From assembly GCA_902779645.1 (NCBI GenBank), contig CACZCH010000011.1:7587-71586 (forward strand): DNA of 64,000 bases. Reading direction: 5' to 3'. Positions 1 through 10,297 of the stretch are shown one piece after another; the first letter of the stretch is position 1, and every line of letters begins with the position of its first letter. Below the pieces are notes generated by a model that worked only from the letters and a program-made list of their open reading frames with translations, had not been told where the DNA came from and searched no databases. The translations under genes were made by a program, and so were the position numbers. The DNA is from an uncultured bacterium (GTDB lineage: Bacteria; Cyanobacteriota; Vampirovibrionia; Gastranaerophilales; Gastranaerophilaceae).

Positions 1-2
1 AA

Positions 3-974
3 CCGTCCTTAGAAGTTGATTTGGAACTTTCAATTAATGAGGTTGACGTATCATTAATTGAAGAGATATCAAAGCTTGAACCATTTGGGATGTCAAATCC
101 CTCGCCAACATTTGTTGTTAACAACCTTACATTAAAAGAAAAGAAACTTATGGGTTCAACAAAAGAGCATCTAAAGCTTATAATTGAAGGGCCGAATGGT
201 ACTCTTGACTGTGTTTGGTGGTCAAGAGGAGATGTTCCCCTGCTTGCAGGTGACAAAATAGATATTGCTTTTGCTCCACAGCTTAATGTTTTCAACGGGA
301 TTACAAGTATTCAGCTTATATTAAAAGATGTTCACTCAGAAGGGCTGAACGCAGATGAGGAAGAATCTAAAATTAAGGTATATGACCACAGAAAAAAAAT
401 AAATATTTTAGCTCAAGTGAATGATTATATTAAAAACACAGACAAGACAGTTTCGGTTTTTGTTGAAAACAGAAACATATCTGAATATCTTAAGCCGTAC
501 AAATACATTTATGATTCAATAATAAATCGTTTAAACGTAAAAAAAAGCAACGTTTTAATGTTTTTTGATTATCCTGCTGATGATGATGTATTACAATACG
601 TTATGCAGATGGCCGGAGCTGATACAATTCATTATATGAATTATACACCGCAGAAAAATAATGAAGAAGATATTTTAAAAACTTTCTCCGGTATGATAAG
701 ATACACTTGCAATAACCTTAATGGGGAATTTAGTCTAAGCAGAGCTTCTTCCGCTATCGGAGTAACAAATATTGTAATAGAAACTCTTCTCGAAATGTTT
801 GAAGATGCCGGTATGATTAAAATTAAAGAACGCAAAGAAAACTCATTTGTTATTGAATTCATAAATACGGTAGAACTTTCAAAAGCAATTCAAACAATCA
901 AATATGCAGAATTTATCGAACTAATGAATACAATCAATGACTACAAAAATAAATTTATGACAGTCAGTCTTTAG
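3..974 (+). CDS. recJ: Single-stranded DNA exonuclease RecJ, C-terminal part (5' truncated by window edge)
   Basis: LEPFGMSNPSP motif, OB-fold segment (HLKL...LDCVWW...DIAF...N.FNG..SIQL) and RecJ C-terminal extension; frame is open to position 3. Confidence 0.9.
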   Translation, partial: PSLEVDLELSINEVDVSLIEEISKLEPFGMSNPSPTFVVNNLTLKEKKLMGSTKEHLKLIIEGPNGTLDCVWWSRGDVPLLAGDKIDIAFAPQLNVFNGITSIQLILKDVHSEGLNADEEESKIKVYDHRKKINILAQVNDYIKNTDKTVSVFVENRNISEYLKPYKYIYDSIINRLNVKKSNVLMFFDYPADDDVLQYVMQMAGADTIHYMNYTPQKNNEEDILKTFSGMIRYTCNNLNGEFSLSRASSAIGVTNIVIETLLEMFEDAGMIKIKERKENSFVIEFINTVELSKAIQTIKYAEFIELMNTINDYKNKFMTVSL

Positions 975-2050
975 AATTTTGAACAAGCATTAATCTTGCC
1001 GTATCCGTCTTTTATATACTCCATTTGATACATATATCTGCCGTCTGCATCGTATATTAGAGAACGCCCTATTGTCGGGTCGTAATAACCAAACCTCGTC
1101 ACTACATCATTATTTTTATCACTAAATTTTATATATTGAATATCTTCTGCTTTTGGATTTTTAACTTTCACACGTTCTGATAAGTGATTTAAAACATTTG
1201 GAACATTTTTTCTAAACTTATAATCAGGCTCGTTATTCCCGAATCTGAATGCTTCTGCCATTTCTACATTATTTCTGTAATCCACAACAGATTTCAATTT
1301 ATAACTCGGTTCCGATTGTTCCATATAAGTTTCTTCTACTATTTTTCTGAAATAAGGATTATAATGCTTTAATTTGTATCCAACAGCATTACCGTTCTTA
1401 TCAGTCAAAAAGAAACATTCTTCAACGATAGGCTTAACTCTTTTTAAATTATTATTATCAAAAGCAGTACTATATACCGTTCTTGTTTTTGGATTATAAT
1501 AGTATGCATTTGAATCAATAAAGAATATGTCTTTATATTCTATTTTTTGTTTTAAATATCTGGAAAGATTTTTTGCTCCAGCAAGCTTTTCTTCTAGGTT
1601 TAAATCCGTATTCATTTTATATGTATGAATCCCAAGACCCTTTTGTATCAAATCTTGACGTTTTAAATCCTGTACACAATTCTTATATTGCATTAAACCG
1701 CTAAATGAAGCAGGAAAATTCATCAATGCTCTTGCAACATATTCTTTCAATCCATATCTTGCAATATAATGGTTTAACTCTATTATAAAATGTCCGCCAT
1801 TATATCCGGCAGCAAGATTGAGTACATTATCATTTTCTGAACTGTATGTAAAACCTTGCGACAAGAGAAAATCATCCGCGTTAATGTTATTTTTTCTGCC
1901 AATAATATCCAAACGAGGCAAATCCGCTTTTTTTAGCTGCAATTCTTGTTGTTCGATTACTTTTTTGCTCATTTCACGAAGAGCCTTTTTTGTCATATGA
2001 GCTTGAAATGACTGATTAGAGTTTTGTCTGCCAACAGATAAAATTTTCAT
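971..2050 (-). CDS. Hypothetical protein (orphan, no Sec signal)
   Basis: Long ORF; ATG at 2050 preceded by AAAGGTG SD; N-terminus MKILSVGRQNSNQSFQA. Confidence 0.75.
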   Translation of the reverse strand: MKILSVGRQNSNQSFQAHMTKKALREMSKKVIEQQELQLKKADLPRLDIIGRKNNINADDFLLSQGFTYSSENDNVLNLAAGYNGGHFIIELNHYIARYGLKEYVARALMNFPASFSGLMQYKNCVQDLKRQDLIQKGLGIHTYKMNTDLNLEEKLAGAKNLSRYLKQKIEYKDIFFIDSNAYYYNPKTRTVYSTAFDNNNLKRVKPIVEECFFLTDKNGNAVGYKLKHYNPYFRKIVEETYMEQSEPSYKLKSVVDYRNNVEMAEAFRFGNNEPDYKFRKNVPNVLNHLSERVKVKNPKAEDIQYIKFSDKNNDVVTRFGYYDPTIGRSLIYDADGRYMYQMEYIKDGYGKINACSKF

Positions 2051-2143
2051 TAGAACACCTTTATTTAATATTTTCATGATATTAAAAGCCCCTAAAAAAA
2101 ATTTTTGCTAGTTAAAAATGAATATTGTTACAATTATAAAAAT

Positions 2144-2878
2144 TTAATTATAAATCTTAGTAATTTCTACTATTAATCCGTCTCCGTCAATATCAATTCT
2201 GGTTTTTTGCACACCGTTTTCCGCACCGTCATAAACAACTATTGATTGACCGTATTGATTTGTCAAAAGCATTTGAGATTTATTACCATTTACATAAGAA
2301 TATTCAACAATCATATCATAAACGCCATTTGGCTTTGTAATAATAGCAGACATAACTTTTCCGTTTAAATCTTTATATCTGTATTCTAAATTTCCGTTAA
2401 ATTGATTTACACCACCGTCTTCTATTATCCATTTGTTATAAAGCGCCATATTTTTGAGCTTCAAGGCAACCTGCTCCGGAGAAAAAACCTCTTGCTTTGG
2501 CAATATATCACCAAAATTTTGCATTCTTATTTTTTTATTTATCTTATCAATCTGTACTATCGCAACAATTGTACCTTTCCTATCTCTATACCTAATATTA
2601 CGAACAGGTTGTTCCGGATTTACGGTTCCGCCTATCGGCTGATAATCTCTTAGATAAAGTACTTCTTCATAATTATTAAGCGTTATTTCTGAATTAATAA
2701 TTTTATTTACCGCTTGGGAAGAATCTGATTTTTCTCGACTTAAAGACAAAAATCTAATTTCAGCGTCTGATAACTTGCCGTTTATCTGCAAATCCAATAA
2801 TACTTTTCTATTAATCTCGTCGTTTAATAAAAAGGTATTTATAGTATTATCTTTTTTTAAGTCTGCTGAGTCGACCAC
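2144..2878 (-). CDS. Hypothetical protein
   Basis: 244-aa ORF with SD-like GAGT upstream; beta-rich C-terminal half; no family recognised. Confidence 0.7.
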   Translation of the reverse strand: MVDSADLKKDNTINTFLLNDEINRKVLLDLQINGKLSDAEIRFLSLSREKSDSSQAVNKIINSEITLNNYEEVLYLRDYQPIGGTVNPEQPVRNIRYRDRKGTIVAIVQIDKINKKIRMQNFGDILPKQEVFSPEQVALKLKNMALYNKWIIEDGGVNQFNGNLEYRYKDLNGKVMSAIITKPNGVYDMIVEYSYVNGNKSQMLLTNQYGQSIVVYDGAENGVQKTRIDIDGDGLIVEITKIYN

Positions 2879-3051
2879 AGTAATACTCCTTAAACACTAT
2901 AAGCGTTTTATCCTTTTTTTTACTAATCAACTAATAAGACCAATGTTATACTTATATTATCGGCATATTTTTGTTAAACTTTAGCAATTTTTTGGAATTT
3001 GTTACAAAATTTTACATAAAAATTCCAAAGCAAACACTTTTTCTCAAAAAA

Positions 3052-5223
3052 CTATCCTTCAAAGTTACCTGCAAGTGTTCTTAAAGCTTTATTTTCTGCT
3101 CTATCAGCTCTGTTTAAAGCCGATTGCAGTCCTGAATTATCCCAAGTTTTTGAGATATTAGCCGCTCTTTGTGATGGTATATATGAACGTTTATTTGAAT
3201 TTTTTTCTGTATTTTGTTGTATTACGGAATTCTGCGACGGTATATATTGATAGCTGTCACGCTTACCTTTAGCATTTGATTTGATAACATTCTGCTGGTT
3301 AGGAACATAGGTATAATTATCTATTTTTTGCTGTAAATAGCTATTAAATTGAGCATTCTGAACATTTTGCGGTTGCGCTCCGTGATGTGCAATACCGTTT
3401 GCCTGAGAATTACTTTGCTGTGTTTGAACCGCTTTAGTTTGAGCTTCATTCTTTTTTCTCTGAGCTTCATACAATCTTTCAGTCAAATCTTCTTTCAAAA
3501 ACTTCTTTTGTTCTTTCTTTGCATCTTTAATCTCTTCTTCTTTCATAGAATCATAAGATTCACCGAAGATAAGTTTTATACACTTATTCAAAGCAGTATC
3601 GAGAACGCCCATGGTAAGCAAACCAAAAACAATTAACCTTGCGGGAACACCGAACAGGTTGCGCGGAAGATTTCTCATTTGAGAAAATTTAGTTGTTAAC
3701 CAATTACCTGTGTTATAAGCATCAACTCTGCCTAAATCAGGAGTGAGCCAGCCTGCAACTTTTCTTATTGCTCTTGTGTACCACTTTTGACCTTTTACTT
3801 CGCTATGCTTCTTTATGAAATTATTTACTTTATTTCTTTCCTCCAGCCAAGATTTATAATTTTTAAATCCTTCGCCTTCAATGCCGTTTTTCTTATTTTT
3901 ATCATTAATTTCTTTTAATTTATCTCTTATAGCCTGAATATCTGTATCTTTCATGCCTGCATATTTAGCACCGCCTATATGATGCATAATTTGTAATGCA
4001 AACGGGAATGTAAATACCCAAGAGATATGGTTAACAAGGTTGCTTACACCTGTGCCGACTTTTTGATTTGGTTCGGCTTTATGTACATTAATTGCTGTTT
4101 CAACAAATGCAGGTGCAATAAATAAAAGTACACCAAGCTTGCCTCCGCCAAAGGTCAAACCTCTGTGAACCATTTGCATAAAGCGTGACATAAATCTGCC
4201 AGTTGCAGTCTTTGCTCCTTCTTTTGTTAAACTGAATAACCTGTTAAATACACTGTCACAGCCAACTATACGTTTTGTCGGAGCTGTAAGAGGACCAATA
4301 TCAATTCCGAAAGGCTTGAATTCACCCATACCGACTCGAACTTTACTTCCGACTTTTCTGCAAGCCTCCTGAACTTCATTAATAATTTGAGTATTTCCAA
4401 TAGTATCTTTATGTACAGATTTAAGCCATTCAATATCTTTATTTCCAAAAGCTTTTAATACTTCTTTTTTAGTTCTTGCAACCCCTCCGTCTTCGGCTAG
4501 AATTATATTTTTGATTTCATCTTCTTTAAGACCGAGCCTTCTTAACTGAATATAACTTGATGCCTTTTCTTCTGAACTTAAAATATTCTTTAAGCTATTT
4601 AATTTATTCTTTTCTTCATTATCAAGTGCAAGTTTGTTAAGTTTAGCAAAGCCCTTGTCGTCTTCTAAGTGCAGTTCTTTTGTAATAAGGCTGAAGTCAT
4701 GCAAGATTCTTTGTCTTTGAGGTAGCATTTCTGACTTAACCAGTTCCATTTCAGGGTTTGTAGGAGTTTTCCATATAGCTTTTAAAACAGAGTTCTTTTC
4801 AATAAAACTTCCGCCTTTTTTGCCTGCAGATTTAAACCAGCCTAAAACCTTCTGCATGGGTTTTGATTGAACAAAATCTGAGTTTTCAATTTTATCACCA
4901 AAGTTTGTAACTTTTTTCAAAAGGCTCTTATCGTACTCTCCTCCGCATGAGGCAGTGTATTTATCGAGCAGCCAGCCGCACCCGAACCAAGTGAGAATAG
5001 AAGCTATCGGATGATCAATCAACGGTCCGAAGAAACCTTTTATTACCATTGAATACATTGGAGTTTCCTCGAGCATTTCTTTTATGCTTTTTCTTTCGCG
5101 AGGCTGATAATATTCAGGAATTCGAACAGCTTGAGCCTGGGGACGCAATGTAGTATTTGCGTTCCTTGGCGGAACACCATATCCGTTATTTCGATTATCA
5201 AAATTTTGAATACTTTGAGTCAC
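3052..5223 (-). CDS. Hypothetical multi-pass membrane protein with Q/N-rich C-terminus
   Basis: 723-aa ORF, several hydrophobic segments (ILTWFGCGWLL; LGVLLFIAPAF; WVFTFPFAL; LIVFGLLTMG), low-complexity tail. Confidence 0.75.
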   Translation of the reverse strand: MTQSIQNFDNRNNGYGVPPRNANTTLRPQAQAVRIPEYYQPRERKSIKEMLEETPMYSMVIKGFFGPLIDHPIASILTWFGCGWLLDKYTASCGGEYDKSLLKKVTNFGDKIENSDFVQSKPMQKVLGWFKSAGKKGGSFIEKNSVLKAIWKTPTNPEMELVKSEMLPQRQRILHDFSLITKELHLEDDKGFAKLNKLALDNEEKNKLNSLKNILSSEEKASSYIQLRRLGLKEDEIKNIILAEDGGVARTKKEVLKAFGNKDIEWLKSVHKDTIGNTQIINEVQEACRKVGSKVRVGMGEFKPFGIDIGPLTAPTKRIVGCDSVFNRLFSLTKEGAKTATGRFMSRFMQMVHRGLTFGGGKLGVLLFIAPAFVETAINVHKAEPNQKVGTGVSNLVNHISWVFTFPFALQIMHHIGGAKYAGMKDTDIQAIRDKLKEINDKNKKNGIEGEGFKNYKSWLEERNKVNNFIKKHSEVKGQKWYTRAIRKVAGWLTPDLGRVDAYNTGNWLTTKFSQMRNLPRNLFGVPARLIVFGLLTMGVLDTALNKCIKLIFGESYDSMKEEEIKDAKKEQKKFLKEDLTERLYEAQRKKNEAQTKAVQTQQSNSQANGIAHHGAQPQNVQNAQFNSYLQQKIDNYTYVPNQQNVIKSNAKGKRDSYQYIPSQNSVIQQNTEKNSNKRSYIPSQRAANISKTWDNSGLQSALNRADRAENKALRTLAGNFEG

Positions 5224-5362
5224 GATACAATAAACCTTTATAAACCTAACTATAAATATAAAGTCAATTTCTTCTCAAAAATTGCTTAAAAATCATGATT
5301 TGAAGGTTGTTTTGTAATAATTCTTAATATTTTTGTAATAAAAATAAATGACGATTTATTAA

Positions 5363-6580
5363 TTATTCTTCAACATCATCAAGCATTTTAACAAGTTTGT
5401 TTAATGAATTTTCGGTTGAATCTTTATTCAATAAAACAGATTGAACGGTCATGTTTACAGCATTATTTATATCTTTTTGATTCCTTCTCTGTTTCATTTG
5501 GGGGTAAATATTATTAACTTGCTTTGCACTGATTGAGCGAGCTTTCGATGCCATATCGGAATAATCGTTATAAAAACTGTTATTAAGAGCTGATGCATTA
5601 GTAGATATAATATTTGTCATTTTAGCAAGCTCAAGCTGGTTTTTAGCATTTGTTAAATACAAACAAAATTCTAATGCTTCTTTTTTCATTTTTGCTCTCT
5701 TAGGAATAACAAAATTCATAACAGAAACATCATTTTGACCAACAGGACCTTTAAATTGTTCCATAACATCTGTTTGTTCATAAACAGACGGTGCATTTTC
5801 TTTAATCATATTTAAGAAATTTGCTCCGCCCTGATAAAAAACAATTTTACCTGCCATATATTGTTCGAGAGCTTCTCTGTGTGTCATTGTGATTGATTCA
5901 GGCGGGATTAAATCTTTTTGATACAAGTTTTTAAACATATCAAAAACATTGATTGATGATTCGGAATTTAAATCGGAAAGTTCACTAACTCCGTATTTAT
6001 TAAGAATTTTCATCATCGTATCATTTTCTGTAATTGTGGGAAGATATGCATAAGCACCGGTGTTAGTCTTTATTTTTTCAGATATTGATGCTAATTCTTT
6101 ATAGGTTTTTGGAAGTCTGATTATGCCGGATTTGGCAAATAAATCTTTGTTATAAATTGTAATAGCACTTGTTGCGTACCAAGGAATTGAATACAATTTT
6201 TCTTTATACATCAGCGCTTTAATTATCTCAGGATTATAATCTTTAACAGCCTCGGGGTTTATTTCTTCAAGCGTACCTTTTTGAGCAAGAAGTGCCGAAA
6301 AATCCGGATTGAGATTGATTAAATCCGGCGGATTATCTGTCATAACAGCTGCAAGAGTTCTTTTTTCACCTTCGGAAAAAGGTACATCAACCCATTTTAT
6401 GTGCAAGTTAGGATGAGATTTTTCGTACTCTCGTATAACTTTGTACATATAATCAGAAAAATCACCCATTTGAAGTGTCCAAACAGTAATTTCTTTTAGG
6501 CTGTTTTCCTGTCTGATTGAACAGGCTGTTAGGCCTATAATTAAGATTGTAATAAGTACTAAAGTAAAAAATTTTTTCAT
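5363..6580 (-). CDS. ABC transporter extracellular solute-binding lipoprotein (sugar-binding family)
   Basis: Lipobox LTAC; PPDLI, LYSIPWY, IYNKDLF motifs typical of SBP_bac_1/8. Confidence 0.88.
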   Translation of the reverse strand: MKKFFTLVLITILIIGLTACSIRQENSLKEITVWTLQMGDFSDYMYKVIREYEKSHPNLHIKWVDVPFSEGEKRTLAAVMTDNPPDLINLNPDFSALLAQKGTLEEINPEAVKDYNPEIIKALMYKEKLYSIPWYATSAITIYNKDLFAKSGIIRLPKTYKELASISEKIKTNTGAYAYLPTITENDTMMKILNKYGVSELSDLNSESSINVFDMFKNLYQKDLIPPESITMTHREALEQYMAGKIVFYQGGANFLNMIKENAPSVYEQTDVMEQFKGPVGQNDVSVMNFVIPKRAKMKKEALEFCLYLTNAKNQLELAKMTNIISTNASALNNSFYNDYSDMASKARSISAKQVNNIYPQMKQRRNQKDINNAVNMTVQSVLLNKDSTENSLNKLVKMLDDVEE

Positions 6581-6611
6581 TATTATTCCCTTTTAAACTT
6601 ATTTACGTACT

Positions 6612-7013
6612 CTATATCTTTGCTGTCAGGTTTAAATCAATGTATTTAAATGTATTTAATAAAACTCCCGGCGGAAAGTTATATACATTATTGCATGGTG
6701 TTATTTTCAAAATCGCATTCGTTTTATCCACTTTTGAGATTGTTGCCAGATATTTGTTTCTGTTTGCGGAAAAAATTATATATCCGTTTGCACTCTGAAT
6801 TTCGTCTATGTTAAATCTGTTTGCAGATATTGAAGCTAATGTTAAATAAAATAGTTTCTCTTGATTAACTCCGAATATTTTTGTGCAGTTCTCAAACATA
6901 ATTTGTTGGGATACCGTAAGCGGATTTGGAGTCGGTTTTGGCTGTACTGCTATTTCTTCCGCCATAACATACGGAGTTATAAACAAGCTCAAAATTATTA
7001 AAAGTTCTCTCAT
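6612..7013 (-). CDS. Hypothetical exported protein
   Basis: 133-aa ORF with signal-peptide-like N-terminus. Confidence 0.7.
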   Translation of the reverse strand: MRELLIILSLFITPYVMAEEIAVQPKPTPNPLTVSQQIMFENCTKIFGVNQEKLFYLTLASISANRFNIDEIQSANGYIIFSANRNKYLATISKVDKTNAILKITPCNNVYNFPPGVLLNTFKYIDLNLTAKI

Positions 7014-7165
7014 TTTATACCTTCCTCTATTTTATAAGATAACATAATTGGCATTTCTTTTAATCCTATATAAGATGTAAAAGATTCTAAATACACAAAC
7101 TACACTATTTACATCATTTACGGAGGGTAAATAATATGGTATAATAGCCGTAATATATAAGTACA

Positions 7166-10100
7166 ATGGGAGAGAATATGTTACAAGAAGCTACAAGAGC
7201 GATTAATTCCGCATTTAATAACAGTTTTATAAAAAAACTCAGTCAATATTTGCACGACTGTGTAAGAGAAGAAGTTAAAAGTTCAACTTTCAGAAACCTT
7301 AAAGCCGATAAGGATAACAAGTGGATTTTCTTAAACGAAGAAGATACACTATTTACGCAAGGACTTGATTATTTGAAACTTGAAGGTTCAGATCCTAAAA
7401 TTACAGAACTTATGATTCAAGCCGATACAAGCCAAAAAGATAAATATTTGATATACGGGTATTTGTTTTTGACAGGCAAATCTAAATCAGGCAGAAAAAA
7501 TGAGTTTTTGACTCCGCTTCTTTATGCACCTTGCCACTTGGAAAGAAATGGCGTAAATATTAATTGCATGCTGACTGACGAATTCATTTCTCTAAACACA
7601 GGAGCTCTTACAGCTTTAATGAAAAAATCAGACGACGAAGACGAAACAGAATCACTTCTTGAAGGACTCTTGGATGTTGTACCATCTGTTCCGATTACAC
7701 AAGAAAAATTGGACATATTTTTGACCACTCTAAAATCAATAGTCCCTGATATAGATATCTCGCTTAATGCAGGCGGTAAGGTTGAAGAAGATAATATTAC
7801 AAAAGATTTCTACAATGAAAAAATTGATTCTCAAAATATTGACGAAATTATAGAAGAGGAAGAAAATTCAGCTAAAAAAGCGATAAAACTGGACAAGATA
7901 AACATTACAAATCAGTGTGCAATAATTCTTACAAAACGTCCTTCAGCTACCGCGGGTGTTTTGCATGAATTAACCCAGATTGCTGAAAAACCAAGCGGAG
8001 TATACAGAGAAACTGTTTTAAATATTATAAATGAAGAATATACTCAATCTAAGCCTGTTGATTCTCAGCAGAAAACATTGGAAAACTTTTACCCTGTGAC
8101 ACCTTTGTCACTATCTGATGCTCAGCTGAATGTAATAAAAAATGTCGAGAATTCAAGATTAGTTTCAGTTTTCGGCCCTCCGGGGACAGGTAAATCTCAA
8201 ACAATAGTAAACCTTGCCGCACACTTAATTTCTAACGGAAAAACCGTACTTATTGCATCTCGTATGGATAAAGCGGTTGATGTTGTTGCGGAAAGACTTA
8301 ATGAACTTGGCGCACCGTTTTTGGCACTAAGAGCGGGAAGATTGAATTACCAAAGAGAGCTTTCTATGCAATTGCAAGACTTGCTCGCAGAAAAAATCGA
8401 TCTCAATGAAGGTATGGAAAATTCTATGGTTTGCGATACTTCCGATATGGAAGAACTTTTAAAAACTATTTCCGATATGGAAAAGAAATCAGAAAAGATT
8501 ATTAAGCTTGAAGAAGAATGGACTGGGGTAAATGAAAGAATTAAGCTGGAAGAACCTCAACACCAAAATCATTTCTTCATAAAAAGAATTCTTAAAGGAG
8601 ACGAGATTCAAATTATTGAATCAACTATCAATTCTCTTTCTGTAAACCAAGAAAAATCAGGTTTTTGGGCAGGAATAAAAAATCATTCTTCACTTAATAA
8701 TCTTAAGAAAATTTTGAATATCAAAAACTTTGATGTTAATAACGAAAACCTTTCTATTCTTCAAACAGAACTTGAATTTGCAAAACTTGTTTATGAAGGA
8801 AGAAAAATCGAAACAGAAATCCAAAAAATCGGTAATATCCACGTATTATCAGAACAAATCAGAACCCTAAAACGCAAACAGAAAAAGCTTGCAATAGATA
8901 TTCTTAGAAATAAGCGCAGAGAAGCATTAAAAGGTTTAATGCAAGATCCTGTTAAGCGTCAAAGACTTTTTGTCCACTCAAAATCACTGACAGAGAGAAA
9001 GAAAAATCTCCAAAGCAGACTTCTTGAGCAAGAGGACTTTAAACCGCTTCTTGAAGCTTTCCCATGCTGGTGTGTCACAACTTACGCAGCATCAGGCTCG
9101 CTTCCGCTAAAGCCGGGGTTGTTTGATGTTGCAATTATTGATGAAGCTTCTCAATGCGATATAGCAAGCTGTTTTCCAATTCTTTTTAGGGCAAAACGTG
9201 CAGTAGTAGTAGGTGACGATAAGCAATTACCGCATTTATCATTCTTAGAAAAAGCAAAAGAACAGTCGTTTATGTCACAATACGGAATCGGTGACAGATA
9301 TCAGCTCATGTGGAGATTTAGGACAAATTCTATGTTTGACCTTGCAAATTATTATTCTATGCATCCGGTTCTTTTGGATGAACACTTCAGAAGCTTACCT
9401 CCGATTATAAACTATTCAAACAAAGAATTTTACGGCGGAAGAATAAAAGTAATGCGCAGAAACGACAATTCTAAAAAGGTTCTTGAAACTGTTGTAGTTC
9501 CTGACGGCAAAGTCGATTTTGATGCAACAAGAAACCTTCCTGAAATAGAAGCTCTTGTGAAACGACTCCACGAAATAGTAGTTGAAGATGAAAGAAAGGG
9601 GGTAAATGAAGGAAATCCTCCTGTTTCAATCGGTATAATATCACCGTTCAGAGCTCAAGTTGAACAATTAAAGATTTCAGTTTCAAAAGTTTTATCCGAA
9701 CATATGATGGAAAAGCATCAAATTGAAATTGGTACAGCACACACATTTCAAGGTGACGAAAGAGATATAATTCTTATATCTTGGGCTTATGCAAATAACA
9801 GTTACCCGCAAAGCTTAATATTCCTGCAAAAACCAAACCTGTTTAACGTAGCAATTACGCGTGCACGCTATCAGATGATTAATTTTATATCAAAAGACCC
9901 GAGAGAACTTCCGGAAGGGCTTTTGAGAAGTTATTTGGGATTCTGTTCCGAATATGAAAATAAATACGCACTTGCTCAGTCTGATGAATTTGATGAAAAT
10001 ATTTATAAAAACTCGTTTGAAAAAGAAGTAGCAGAAGCTTTTCGTGCGCTGGACCACAAAGTTACCTGCGGAGTAGATATTGCAGGACTTAGCGCAGACT

Positions 10101-10291
10101 TGCTTGTTGATGATAAATTCATTGTGGAATGCGACGGAGTTGAAGACAAAACTGTTTGCAGAGTTTCTAATATGAGAAAACAAGCTATTTTTGAGCGTTC
10201 AGGACTGAAAGTTTCCAGAATCTCAGCTCGTGAATGGCAATATTCACAAAAGGCGTGCATAGACAGAATTTTAAATTGTAATCAAATCTAA
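7166..10291 (+). CDS. SF1 (Upf1/DNA2/NAM7-like) helicase with C-terminal Vsr/DUF559-like nuclease domain
   Basis: Walker A GPPGTGKS, DEASQ, VGDDKQL, LDEHFRS, FQGDERD, NVAITRAR; C-terminal FE..V...D....VECDG. Confidence 0.88.
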   Translation: MGENMLQEATRAINSAFNNSFIKKLSQYLHDCVREEVKSSTFRNLKADKDNKWIFLNEEDTLFTQGLDYLKLEGSDPKITELMIQADTSQKDKYLIYGYLFLTGKSKSGRKNEFLTPLLYAPCHLERNGVNINCMLTDEFISLNTGALTALMKKSDDEDETESLLEGLLDVVPSVPITQEKLDIFLTTLKSIVPDIDISLNAGGKVEEDNITKDFYNEKIDSQNIDEIIEEEENSAKKAIKLDKINITNQCAIILTKRPSATAGVLHELTQIAEKPSGVYRETVLNIINEEYTQSKPVDSQQKTLENFYPVTPLSLSDAQLNVIKNVENSRLVSVFGPPGTGKSQTIVNLAAHLISNGKTVLIASRMDKAVDVVAERLNELGAPFLALRAGRLNYQRELSMQLQDLLAEKIDLNEGMENSMVCDTSDMEELLKTISDMEKKSEKIIKLEEEWTGVNERIKLEEPQHQNHFFIKRILKGDEIQIIESTINSLSVNQEKSGFWAGIKNHSSLNNLKKILNIKNFDVNNENLSILQTELEFAKLVYEGRKIETEIQKIGNIHVLSEQIRTLKRKQKKLAIDILRNKRREALKGLMQDPVKRQRLFVHSKSLTERKKNLQSRLLEQEDFKPLLEAFPCWCVTTYAASGSLPLKPGLFDVAIIDEASQCDIASCFPILFRAKRAVVVGDDKQLPHLSFLEKAKEQSFMSQYGIGDRYQLMWRFRTNSMFDLANYYSMHPVLLDEHFRSLPPIINYSNKEFYGGRIKVMRRNDNSKKVLETVVVPDGKVDFDATRNLPEIEALVKRLHEIVVEDERKGVNEGNPPVSIGIISPFRAQVEQLKISVSKVLSEHMMEKHQIEIGTAHTFQGDERDIILISWAYANNSYPQSLIFLQKPNLFNVAITRARYQMINFISKDPRELPEGLLRSYLGFCSEYENKYALAQSDEFDENIYKNSFEKEVAEAFRALDHKVTCGVDIAGLSADLLVDDKFIVECDGVEDKTVCRVSNMRKQAIFERSGLKVSRISAREWQYSQKACIDRILNCNQI

Positions 10292-10297
10292 AACATT

